This document shows, piece after piece, positions 15,245 through 27,200 of a stretch of 64,000 nt of DNA. Numbering within the stretch: the stretch's first letter is position 1; every line of letters begins with the position of its first letter. The position numbers were made by a program, and so were the translations under genes. Origin of the DNA: the human T2T-CHM13v2.0 reference genome, Homo sapiens; NCBI RefSeq assembly GCF_009914755.1, contig NC_060941.1. One strand, 5' to 3'. The notes under the pieces are model-generated. The model saw only the letters and a program-made list of their open reading frames with translations, did no database searches and was not told the DNA's origin.

Positions 15245-15856
15245 TTAACTAATCTAACATTTATGAACAGCTCTGTGGAAATTAGTCTTTATGTTAACAG
15301 GTTCAAGCCAGCATCAAAACCTCAGCTAAAATTAGCTCTTGCTAACTGATAAAGCCTCCTGATTGGCCTAGAAATGGCTCCAGTTAGACAAAATGTCGTA
15401 TTTCAACAAGTTTTGTTTGGCATTTGTCACCTGATATTGGTATTGGTTTGTTCATTGAACCAACATGTTCATGAGCTTATTTGCTAAGCATTCATTCTTT
15501 CCACGGACATTTCTTGAGTGCCTGTAGTGACCTACACACTGGGCCGGGGGTAGGGAGACACCTGTGACCAGGCAGACATGGTCCTTGACCTCAGAGTGAC
15601 AGTTGACTTGACAGAAGATCAAGAGTGTCTGTGTGTGATCTGCAAGTGTGCTAGGCCTGGGAGCTCTGTGCCAGCTGCCTAAAAAAGAACCCGTCCCTGC
15701 CCTCTGGGGGTGGACAGCCTAGTCAGGGGATAGACACATAAAACGAAGTGTTCTAAAAGCTATGGCAGGAATGACAGCCAGCTCTAGGGGGTGCAGGGCA
15801 GGAACGCCAAGACGTGTATCAAGCTGTGAATGCTAACAGCTGTTCTTCCCCCACAG

Positions 15857-16073
15857 CATGGACAAGGACAGCCCGGAGGTCCACCAGGACCTGAACGCCC
15901 TCAAAAGCAAGTTCCAGGAGATGCGCAAGCTCATCAGCACCATGCCCGGCATCCACCTGAGCCCCGAACAGCAGCAGCAGCAGCTGCAGAGCCTCCGGGA
16001 GCAAGTCAGGACCAAGAATGAGCTTCTGCAAAAGTACAAGAGCCTCTGCATGTTCGAAATCCCCAAGGAGTAG
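15857..16073 (+). CDS. MED9: Mediator complex subunit 9, coding exon 2
   Basis: Acceptor TTCTTCCCCCACAG|C; TG+C gives Cys, then [24 protein letters not shown]...FEIPKE*. 224+217=441 nt = 146 aa plus stop. Confidence 0.97.
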
Positions 16074-16503
16074 AGTGAGGCTGACTTCCTTAGAAAGAGG
16101 GGGAAGCCAATGGCCTGTCTCCCCACTACCATCCCCAAACGCTCCTTGGGGCGTGGTTCCTGTGGACCCCAGCTCAGCTCGTCAAGCTGCAGGGGCGGGG
16201 CTCCTGTGCTGCTGCGCGCGCTTCGCCTGTGCGGGAGCCAGCGCAGAGCTTGGCTGCGCCGGGGGTTCCTCGTGTAGATCCATATGTCTAGATGCATAAT
16301 AACTGGAGTGCCTGCTGGTGGAAGTCAGAATGCTCCTGGAGGCTGCAGAGGGGGTGGAGGACTCTCCCCTGCCTCTGGGGAGGGGGCCATCTGCTGCGCC
16401 CGGCCCCACTGACAGATCTGAAGAGCACAGTAGGAAGGGAGGCGGCTCCTCTTTGCTTCCTTCCCTCTCTCTCCTCCCACCCCCATAGGATCAGTGTGTA
16501 CCA

Positions 16504-16518
16504 GGTACACATTGTTCC
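16504..16518. promoter_or_regulatory. Glucocorticoid response element GGTACAcatTGTTCC (probable RASD1 3' enhancer)
   Basis: One mismatch from consensus GGTACAnnnTGTTCT. It lies about 2.5 kb downstream of the RASD1 poly(A) signal, consistent with my recollection of a GRE reported in the Dexras1 3' flank. Confidence 0.8.
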
Positions 16519-17767
16519 TGTTAACAGCAGCTTCTTGAAACATTTGCATAGAATTCACTGGACGAATTAAGCCTGCACTCATATGGCATAGAATTGTGAG
16601 AGAATGTTTTGAAAGGCCAGAGGGTGGCCTTTTTCCCCAAACAGTTTGGTTCCTTTTATGTTTGAGCCAGTGAAGGGAACTACGCTTTGGGGGCTTCAGC
16701 CTAGAGCCCTGCCAGGCAGCCCCTGGCTCCAGGTTCCCTGCCTCCTAGCGCTCTCCTCGCCTTCAGCTCTTGCTCCCTTCCTCGTTCATCACCCTCAGTC
16801 AGTGCCCAAGAGTGGCCAAACCGCTTCACATCTGCAGTGCTTCCCCAGGGTTGACAAGGGGCCGTCCTTTCCACACAGGCCAGAAGAGGTCTTCAGGCGA
16901 ACCGACCTTCCCCCTTCTGGCATTTCAGATTCCCCTTGCTCTGGTTAAAAGGTCTTTCCCTCGTGGCCTTTGCACTTGCGGCAGCAACGTGTACTACACT
17001 GCAGAAGGGTTCAGTATGCACCTTGTGTTGAGAGAGAGGCAACCCTGGGGGCCAGTTCAGGTGGTCCCCAACCATAAGCTAGGTCTGAAAGTTACACAGC
17101 CAAGTTTGAGCTCTTAAAAGTTGATGAACAGCCTCATTTCCCCAGCTTCCCTGATTTCTTCCAGATGGGACGTTTTATTTGTGTGCTCTCCCTTGACTGT
17201 CAGATTGAAGTAAGAGCAGTTCTCTCCGTTGCCTCTCGAGGAGGAGGTGCGAAGTCCTGGAGTATTGTTTGGGTCTCGGAATGGGCGCATAACCTGCGCT
17301 GACCAGTTTAGGGGCTTAGCAGATGCCTGCCAGCTGACCTCGTTGGCAGGAGGGTTGGGTGGAGATGTTTTTAGCAGAGCTTCCATTAGTGTAGACCTGT
17401 AGCCACCTGTCAGAAGGTGGGTGGCATATTGGGGACCTGGGAATGTGTGAAGGAGGAGATCAAATTTCAGTGGCTTTGGACAGAAAAGAAGGCTCTGGAT
17501 TTAAGCGGGTGGTCACCTGTGAGACCAGGTCTACCTTGGGACTGTTATTTAACTGAATCAGTTATTTCCTTGAAATTTCACAGTAGTGGGTGGGCCTGTT
17601 TTAAGGCTCTGACAGATACCACGAAACATGAAGCACGTGGAACTACAAGACCCCCGGGGTCTTTCTGAGTGCAAGGCTGAAATGGACAAGGGCTCCTCAC
17701 GGGGGTGGAGGGAGCCGGAGCCTGCCTTGTGTTCCTTTTTTGACTTGTGACATTTTTCAAACACATA

Positions 17768-17773
17768 ATTAAA
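17768..17773 (+). terminator. MED9: MED9 polyadenylation signal ATTAAA
   Basis: ATTAAA with T-rich upstream sequence and downstream TGCTTTTTGT. Confidence 0.65.
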
Positions 17774-17912
17774 AGGACTTATGCTCTGCTGTCTCAGGAC
17801 ATAATGCTTTTTGTACTGAGAAATTCATAGTGGGATGGCTCTCAGATAGTTGAGAGGAAAATGTTTCTCTCAGTCTCTTCAGACACAACCACACCTCTGC
17901 TCCTCACTCCCT

Positions 17913-17952
17913 CCGCCCCAGCACACACACCCGCCCCAGCACACACACCCGC
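17913..17952. repeat. 18-bp tandem duplication CCGCCCCAGCACACACAC x2.2
   Basis: Perfect copies at 17913-17930 and 17931-17948. Confidence 0.9.
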
Positions 17953-19014
17953 TGAACCAGTGTGGAACAGGAACTCCTCTCCCGGCTGGCCTCAAGGGCA
18001 GTTTGCCTGGCGGGTCATCCCTGCCCCTGCCTGTCACGGGCCCCTGGGCTGTCCTTAGTTGCCTTTTATTTTTGGAGGGGGGAGGTGGGGGGTGCCTTTT
18101 GGTGACTCGAGGAGGTTCAGTCCTGTGGGGAGCCGCCCTCACCAGAGCAGGGTTGAAATCCTTCTAGGACAATTTTGAGTGTCTCTCACAGGGCTGAGCG
18201 TCCTCTGAAAGCCACCAATTACTTGGATTACTGGGTGGCCGGCATTTATGCTAAGTACTTTTCAAACATCACACTTAATCCCCACAGTGAGCCCATGCCG
18301 AGGGTGTTCTCTCTTCCCGGGGTGAAGAATTAGAGGCTTGGCAGGTGTCACCCACCAACAGGTTTGCAGTACTAGTGGCAGAGAGATTGGTGTTCTGGGG
18401 TGCCTTAGCCATGAGACCGAGACAGCAAGGCTGAAGGGGGATGGGGCTCTACACCTGGCCAGGAGCACTTCCTGGAGCTAGAGGGGAGCAGAGGCTGAGG
18501 AGTTAGCTGTTTCCAGACAGGGTGGCACCCTGGAGTGAGCGGGTGGTGGGGGCGCGCCAGGATGGTCCTGTTTCCAGATGGGGTCTCAGGCTCTTTCCCC
18601 AGGGCCTGACTGATGCCTCCAACAGTCCGAAAGTTTGCCTGGGCCCACACTGAGTCTGGTGACAAAATGGTTAGGCACAGTTCCAGTGGCTTTTACGCTG
18701 AAGAATTCAGAACATTCTCTCAGAAAATGAGGCCTTTTGTCATCTAACCCAAAGAAAATTAAGCGGGTGGATGGCTAGAAAGAGTTCATCTCCAGGGGAG
18801 ACCCTGAAATCCTTTATATTCTTCCCGGTTTTCTAGGGAACCATCCCCTACATAGATGCCCCAGGCATCTGGGGCTTTTCTGGCAGCTGAAGCTGCCTTC
18901 AGAAGGCCAGGGTTATTTTCCAGTTCTGGGGAAGGTAAGTTCTAGTTCCACCTAAGTCAAAGCCCAGCCCTTTCCTTCTCCCCACCCTTCCCCACTCCAG
19001 CCATCTCTAAAAGC

Positions 19015-19041
19015 AAAAAAAAAAAAAAAAAAAAAAAAAAA
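19015..19041. repeat. A27 homopolymer next to the RASD1 cleavage site
   Basis: Seen directly; no Alu body adjacent. Confidence 0.9.
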
Positions 19042-19063
19042 CCGGTTTTCCATTTTAAATTAT

Positions 19064-19069
19064 TTTATT
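19064..19069 (-). terminator. RASD1: RASD1 polyadenylation signal AATAAA
   Basis: TTTATT on +; a U-rich tract follows about 22 nt downstream on the minus strand. Confidence 0.85.
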
Positions 19070-19143
19070 GTATATTAAAAAACCAAATAAAGCAATAACT
19101 TTAAAGACCTCACACACACACAGTATAAACACCTGGGTAAGGT

Positions 19144-19152
19144 TTTGTTCGT
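19144..19152 (-). promoter_or_regulatory. RASD1: miR-375 8-mer seed site in the RASD1 3'UTR
   Basis: + strand TTTGTTCGT equals the first 9 nt of miR-375, so the mRNA carries ACGAACAAA. RASD1 is an established miR-375 target. Confidence 0.7.
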
Positions 19153-19733
19153 GTCCATGTTGACACCGGAACTACCGTTAAAGTGCAAGTTTTGTTTTGT
19201 GTTCCTTTGTGCAGTTTCACTCACATGTAAACAAGTCACTTGGCTATGATTTGACCCACGCCCCCCCGCTTAGTTTCGGGAGGGCAGAGGCTCTACCGGC
19301 TGTCACAGCAACCCGGAATCACAGACAAGATAATGCCCCGTGGGTCCTGACCCTCAAGCGGGCATGACGGTTTCTTGAAGCCTAGCAGAGGCTGGATAAC
19401 TTCACATCCCTCCCCCACCCCGCGCTCACTCTTAGGTCTTTGAGAAGATAAATCCACCCTCGGCTGGGCCCTCGCTCCCAAAGTTATGGGGGTGGCGGGC
19501 CTCAATGGGGGACCGGGGGTGGGGAATAGTCCCAGTCTTGGCCCGTTCTCTTTCCTTCCGGAGCAGATGACCGTCCCTTCTCGGTTCAGTGGCGCCTCCC
19601 CAGTGCTGGGGGCGGATCGCCGGGAGGGGAGACGCCAGTCCGCGCGCGCTCCCGGCCTGGGGCGCACCGGGCCGTTGGATTTGACTTAACAAAAAGGTCC
19701 TCCTTAGGTTGTGTCGCCAGCGCGGCGGGGCTC

Positions 19734-20293
19734 CTAGCTGATGACGCAGCGCTCCTTGTCCTTGGCCTGGCTGCCGGCGCTGGCCTTCTCGCGGATGTAC
19801 ATGAGGTCGCTGTGTACGCTGGGCCGGCGCGCGAAGGGTGCCACGATGCCAAAGGCGTCGCCCGGGTCGCCGCCGCCGCCGCCGCTGCCGGCCCGCAGCA
19901 GCTTCTTGTTCCGCAGCGCCTTCTTGTGCAGCACGTCGCAGTACTGCACCGAGACCTTGCGGTGCAGGTCTGGGCTCATCTCGCTGGGCAGCTTGGCCAT
20001 GGCGAAGAGCGCGCGGAACATCTGGTCCAGGCTGCTGTTCTTCTTGGCCGAGATCTCGAAGTAGGCGCAGCGCTGGGGGTCGTCGCCCACCAGCTGCTCG
20101 ATCTCGCGCTGGTCCACCTCGCGGTAGAAGTCGCGGTCACCCTTGTTGCCGCAGATGACCAGGGGCACGTCCACGTTCTCCTTGGTTTTGTTCTTGAGGC
20201 AAGACTTGGTGTCGAGGATCTGCTGCCTGAGCCGCTGCACCTCCTCGAAGGAGTCGCGGTTGTCCAGACTGAACACCAGGATGAAAACGTCTC
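19734..20293 (-). CDS. RASD1: Ras-related dexamethasone-induced 1 (Dexras1/AGS1), coding exon 2
   Basis: Acceptor CCTCTAG|GA; GDVFILVFS...CGNKGD (G4)...EISAK (G5)...CVIS* CAAX box. Confidence 0.98.
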
Positions 20294-20504
20294 CTAGAGG
20301 GGGCACAGAGAGCAGAAAAGGAGAAGGTGAGGGTGGCCGCCCAGGGGACAAGTCGGGCTGACTTTGAGGCCGCGCGGGGCGCGCTAGCCTCTCTAAGCGC
20401 GAAGCGCACTACTCGGCGCGCGGCAGCCGGACCGGCGCTCGCGGGGCGCCCTGGCCGAGGGTTCCCCGCCCTTCCCTCCCGCACCTGCCCGGCCCCCGGC
20501 TCAC

Positions 20505-20790
20505 CTGTGAGGATGGAGAGGCGCCGCATGGCGGGGAACGGGTGGTTGCCGGACGTGTCGAGGATGTCGAGCTGGTAGACCTCGCCGCGGATGGAGTAGA
20601 ACTTGCGGTGGAAGTCCTCGATGGTAGGCGTGTAGGCGTCCTCGAAGCGGCCGGTGAGGAAGCGCGACACGATGGCCGTCTTGCCCACCTTGGACGAGCC
20701 GAGGATGACCATGCGATAGCAGTTCTTGGCCGGGATACTCAGCTCCGAGTCGCTCGGGCACATCTTCTTGATCATCGCGGCCAGTTTCAT
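20505..20790 (-). CDS. RASD1: RASD1 coding exon 1
   Basis: MKLAAMIKKMCPSD; P-loop GSSKVGKT, YTPTIED, DTSG; donor ACAG|GTGAG. 286+560=846 nt = 281 aa plus stop; 211-nt intron at 20294-20504. Confidence 0.98.
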
Positions 20791-21028
20791 TGGGCAGAGG
20801 GGCCGCGAGGGCGGGCGCGGGGCCGAGAGAAGGGCAGAGAGCGGCTGAGGGTCGCTGGGGTGGCACGCGGGGTGAGCGGCTGGAGGGCTCTGCTCGGGCT
20901 GGGCGCGGCTCGGGCTTGGGGCTCCGGCTCCGCTCGGGCTGGGCTCGGGCTAGGCTGGGCTCGGCTGGGGTTCTCCCAGGATCTGGGCACAGGCCGCTTG
21001 CTCTGGCTTTGGCGCCCGGCCGCCGCCC

Positions 21029-21082
21029 TTATATGCAGCCTGCTCGGCTGCCCCGCCCCGGCCCTCCCAGCTCGGTGCGTCA
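21029..21082 (-). promoter_or_regulatory. RASD1: RASD1 core promoter: TATA-like CATATAA, GC box, variant CRE TGACGCA
   Basis: TTATATG at 21029-21035, CCCCGCCCC at about 21051-21059 and TGCGTCA at 21076-21082 (all read on +); implies a TSS near 21000. Confidence 0.75.
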
Positions 21083-21581
21083 CGCCCCGCGGGGCCCGCC
21101 TCCCCCGCACCGGCTCCCAGTCCCGGCGACCTCGTCACCCGCTGCCGGGCTCCTGCTCTCTGGGCGCGGGGGCTGGGGGGAGCAGTCCAGGGTCGGGCTG
21201 AGGCTGGAGGCGCTCGGACTCCGCTTTTCCACTGCCGCGGGCTCGGCGGCCGCAGGGGCGTCGGGGTTCTGGTCCCGGCGGTGCCCCTGTCCCTCTGCGA
21301 CTTCGGGCAAGGACCCCCATTCCTGCACCTCCCGCGCGCGTACTCTTATTTTCTTTGGTTCTCAGTTTCCCCAGAGAATAGGAATCTAGTAAGTAACCCA
21401 GTAAGCGCAGCAGCGTTTGCTGAGTGCTTGCGCGGACCGTATATTGCAGTCCTCAGAGCACAGCCCCAGCCCCAGCCCCCTTCCGCTCCGGTCCCCAGCC
21501 GGGCTCTTGTTCCCGGGAGGCGACCGCCGGGCGGACGCGGGGTTTCAGGGCCTCAGGCGCGGAGCTCGGCACCGCGCGCTC

Positions 21582-21600
21582 GGGCCGCCAGAGGGCAGCA
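21582..21600 (+). promoter_or_regulatory. Candidate CTCF site GGGCCGCCAGAGGGCAGCA
   Basis: Close match to the core CC(A/G)(C/G)(C/T)AG(A/G)(G/T)GGC(A/G). Confidence 0.6.
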
Positions 21601-24600
21601 GAGGGCCCGGCCGGCGGCTCGGGGAGGCTGTGGCCGCCGCGGGCAGAGCTAGAACAGAGGCTAGGAGCAGGCGGGTGGGGAGCGGCAGGGATGGAGCAGG
21701 GGTCTCAGGGCGCCTTGCTGGGGCCCAACAGGAGCGGTCCCCAACCCCGCGCTCTGCTGCAGGCCTCAGCCTGCTCCTTTCTCCCAGCCAGAGATGCTCT
21801 GTGGTATGGAGGGCTCTGCAGCCAGCGGCCCACCCCGTCCATCATAGCATTTTGGGCTTTTACTGTGCCGCGCGTGGGCCGACGTTCTCATTGTCTAGCT
21901 GAGAGACCTGGAGCTCAAAGCCACAGCGAGCCCAGGAAGGCCCTGGGAGCACAGCACAGCCTCTTGCTTTCTCCTGGGCCTCAGTTTTCTCTTCTGGAAG
22001 ATACTGATTCTGGTTCTGTGATTAAGGATGAAAATATGCAAATGCTTTAGGAGGGCGGGGCCTGGTAATAACAATAGCAACAATAACAGTAGTATTGACC
22101 CATGAGGCCTGGTGGGGGTACTCTCAAGAGCACACCAGGTCGATCAGTAACCAGGAGTGGGGTGATGTTGCTGAACATTGGCAACAGGCTGTCTGGAGCC
22201 AGCTCCTCAGCCCTGAGCTCTTGAGGCAGTCACTGCTCCTCAAGGCAACCTGTGTGCTCAGTGTTTTGCTTTGGCCACGTCTGACTTACGAGAAAACTAG
22301 GGAGCCATTAGCTGGCACCACCGGCCCAGCTGTCAGGTGGTGGTGGTCTGCAGGCAGTGCTGTGAGTGCCATACCACCCACCCCATGCCTACCCACCTCC
22401 CTCCCACGCTGGCACTTGCTGTAGGGGCTGCTGCAGGACACCACTAACTTGTTTCTCAGCCCAGCTTGGCCCCCATCCTCAGAGTCCCTGCATCTCTCCC
22501 AGGCCTCACTCTTACTGTCAGATATTTCAAATGCACGCATCACACAGTGAGCATCCAAGGGCTCATCAGTGGCCCTGGCCTGGCTCTGATTCCTGGTGTC
22601 ACTTATGCAGCAGTTATCCGACAGGCTAGCTGGGGCTGGAGCCCCGCCATTCTTGGTTCCTGCCCCCATCTGAGGTATGTCTGCCAGAGTCTGGGAGAAG
22701 GGGAGAAGGAACTGAGTCGCAGCCCTGGATATAGGGCTGCAGTGGTGCAGGGTGTTCACTGCATAAAGGAGCCAGTTGAGGGTACATGGGGGGGCTCAGT
22801 TAAGGTACGGACCTGAACCACCTTCAGACTGAGCACCGCCTTCCTGTGCCTCCCACAGCGGCACTGCATGGGCAGCCGGGCTCTAACTTGGGATGACTGA
22901 TGGCCAGGGCTATAGTGAAGGTGGACCCCACACAGCCATTGCCTCCTGGGGCTCTAGTCCCAAGAGGGTCCATTTGATATGAGTGGAGGGCCCGAGGGTC
23001 AAGGATCACAGCCCAGCTCTCCCCTGGTCAGTGTCCAGGCTGGCCCCTTAAATCAGGAACATGACACTGGCAGGCACTGATCTAGCCTGTGTCCTCAGCC
23101 ACAGTGATTCCTGGTACCATCTGTGCATGGCCGTCTGCCCTACGGATGCTGGGTTGTGAAGACCCAGGCCCACCTGCCATTCCCATTCTGAATGCCCCAG
23201 AGCGTCTCCTGTCAAGGAGGTGGCCTCTGGGACTTTACTCCTCAAGCAGCAAGCCAACTTCCTTGTTTCCGCCCTCGTCTTTTCTTTTAAAAGGGCATCT
23301 CTTTCCTTTTATTACAAAAGTAATAAATGCTCATGGTTTTTTAAAAATCCAAGCCATTTCAGAAAGGACCAGAATGAAAGAAGCACTGGGATCAGGCCTC
23401 TCTCGGCCACACCCAGGACAGCCTCGCCACCAATTCTGTGGGGTGGCATCTCCTGATGTCCCCACATGGGCGGACTCCCAACTGCATGAAGGAAGTCTTA
23501 CCCCGGTGCAGCCTCTGCCACCCAGCTCTTTGTTCATGCAGGTGCCCTTTTTCCTTCTTCTGGGGTTTGCCTGTGTGACTTTATGCCAGGCCCTACCCTA
23601 GGCTGGCTAATCAGAGTGGCCGGGGAGGACTGGGGGCTGGAAGACAAACAGGAACAACTCGCAACTCACAGAACCATCCGCCCCGTGGATCCCGGAGTCC
23701 CACAGAGAGGGAGCACGTGTACTGGGCTTCCCAGCACTCCCGCCGCCTGGGCCCTGTCAGCCATCGCGGCATTTGATGTCCAGGTTGATCACAGTCCCAT
23801 GCTGTATGCAATAAATAATTCTGTTTTCTGTGTGTTTGGGGCATGAGACAACAAACAGCGTATATGAGGCTATGAGCCTGTCTGTAAATAGTATTTACCT
23901 GCAGTGCAGCAATTTTGCTGCTTAGAGGGGAGGGGAACTGTTTAAAATATTTGACAATGTCGGGGGTGATCTGGGGGTGGGCAGGTGGACCCACCCCCCC
24001 CCCCACCAGCCCCAGGCAGGAAATGCCAGCCACACAGCCTCATTTGAGGGCAAAGAGCAATTAGAAGGTTCTTGAGAGCTGGGCCAGAGGAGAATGCTGG
24101 GCACCCCATCAGAGCTTTGCCTGTTGTGGTGTCCTGAGACAGAGTCCACACAAAGGCCAGAAGTGGCTACTTCAGGTGACAGGAACCCAGAGCACCCTCG
24201 GGCCTGGGCATTGCCGTGCTGGCCCGTGCGGCCAGAGCCCATCTCTACCAGCGCCTTGCACAGAGGAGGCCCTGAGGCACGCTTCTATCCTGTGTGGCCC
24301 TGGTACGCCACCTCCTGAAGAGGAGGAAAGGGGCAAATAGAGCTGGCTTTGCGTTCCCTCTGACAGGCTCCCCTCATCAAGCTGAGATTTTAACTCTGGT
24401 AGATTCCTCATCAGTGATGAGCTCTGTACCCGACAGAGCAGACCCTTCCAGCAGAAGCCAGTTCAGCCCAAGGCTCCTGGCTCTGCCCCAGGAACCAAGG
24501 GTCAGGATGCACGGAGCTTTGCTGCCCGGCTCAGCCCATCCATCAGCAATATGTCCTCAAAGGCCGTGTGTGCAGAGGTGCTGGCGGAGGGAGTGAGCAC

Positions 24601-24714
24601 CTGTGCAAGCAGGAGCAGGACGGAGGCACTGGATATGGTCAGACCGGACGCCTCTCATGCCCCTCAAGCCCTGAGACAGATTCTGGATTCTAGAAAGCAA
24701 AGAGAAAACCTTGA

Positions 24715-25083
<369 letters not shown>

Positions 25084-25270
25084 TGAAGTTGGGTCTTGGC
25101 TCAAATGCCACCTCCTCAGAGAGGCCCACCTGACCACCCTAGCGAAAACAGGTCACACTGCCATGTGTCCCTTTCAAAATTTCCTGTGTGATGGTTGTCA
25201 CTGATCATTTTCTGGTTCATACTATTCACACTGCTCCATTTTCTCTTAAGTTTTTAGGATACTAGTTTGA

Positions 25271-25597
<327 letters not shown>

Positions 25598-26230
25598 GAA
25601 TAATACTGCTTTTCTAAGTTAGAAATGGTCACATGCAGTATTGGCAACTTTATATGGTCCAACTTGATATGACTTGGCTATAGTAGGGTGCACAGATGGA
25701 AAGTTTACAGCTTGAAGGTTCCCCTCTGTGCACACCTGTGGCAGCACCACATCCAAGCACAGGACACCTCCAGTTCTGAAAAGCTCCCTCGCGCCCTCAC
25801 CTGGCTAAGCCTCTGCCAACTACACTGGCTTCTACCACCGTAGATCCGTTTTGCCTTTTGTGTCTGGTTTCAATGCATCATAGGTCCACGACATCCTTCC
25901 ACAGGTACCGGCCACTCATTCCTTTCCTTGCTGCAGGGGAGACCATTGCGTGACTAAGCCACGACGTGTGTGTCCACTGTCCCGCTGGCGAATGCTGGGG
26001 GTTTCAGGAGACAGGATGCAGTGGGGATGGGTGTTAGTTGGTGCTCCCAGGCACTTGTGTCTGTGGGGAGACCCAGGGTGGAACTGCTGCATCATAAGTG
26101 GCCCCCCACCTATGGAAATGCACCATTTCTCCCCAAGGAAACAATCCAGCCAATCCCAAATGGCAGGACTGCATGAGAGATGGCCATCCAGGGGGTCCAG
26201 AGTACACTGACAATTAAAAAAAATGATCGG

Positions 26231-26547
<317 letters not shown>

Positions 26548-26559
26548 TATCATCAAGGT

Positions 26560-27200
26560 GGGCATGTAAGAAGATGCACGTGCTGTGAAAAACAGGCTAG
26601 AAGTTCCTCAGTGGGTCCAATGTGTGAGTTACCATATGACCTAACAATTCCACACCTAGGTATTTGCCCAAAAGCAATGAAAGCGTGTCTACACAAAAAC
26701 TGTCCACAAGTGTTTACAGCAGCATTCTTCACAACAGCCCGAAGGTGAGAGCAACCCAAGTGTCCATTGCCTGATGGATAAACACAGCATCTCCATCTAC
26801 ACAGTGGAACACTGTTCAGCAGTAAAAATGACGAGTGCTGAGGCATGGCACTACGCAGCTGAACCTCAAAGACACAGTGCCGAGTGAGAGAAGCCGGACA
26901 CCAATGGACAAATACCGTGATTCCATTTATAGGAAGTGTCCGGGAGAGGCAAATCCATAGAGACAGAGAGCGGCTTGGTGGCGATTAATGCTGGAGAGGA
27001 GTCGGGGGTGACAGCTCAGGGGTACAGGGGTCTCTCTGGGGAGTGACGAAAATGTTTTCATGATTGTGGTGATGCTTGCACAACTCTTTGGATAAACAAA
27101 AACTCACAGAATTGTGTGTATGGCTTGTGAATTGTATGTATGGGTGAATTGTATGTATGGCTTGTGAATTATATCTCAGTAAAGATGTTAAAATTATAAT
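26560..27200 (+). mobile_element. L1MB-type 3' end
   Basis: ACCATATGACCTAACAATTCCAC, CAACCCAAGTGTCCA, GGCAAATCCATAGAGACAGA motifs. Confidence 0.75.

Larger units (their letters stand above)
16074..17800 (+). other. MED9: MED9 3'UTR (end approximate)
   Basis: Non-repetitive sequence from the stop codon to an ATTAAA signal followed by a GT/T-rich stretch. Confidence 0.7.
19560..21900. promoter_or_regulatory. RASD1: CpG island covering the whole RASD1 gene and promoter
   Basis: Very high GC and CpG density. Confidence 0.9.

Noticed and set aside
15969-15989. CAG run in MED9 exon 2
   Set aside because: Only five consecutive Gln codons; this is the normal protein, not an expansion.
19741-22050. 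Multiple 100-220 aa plus-strand ORFs over RASD1
   Set aside because: Antisense shadows of a GC-rich CDS and CpG island where stop codons are rare.
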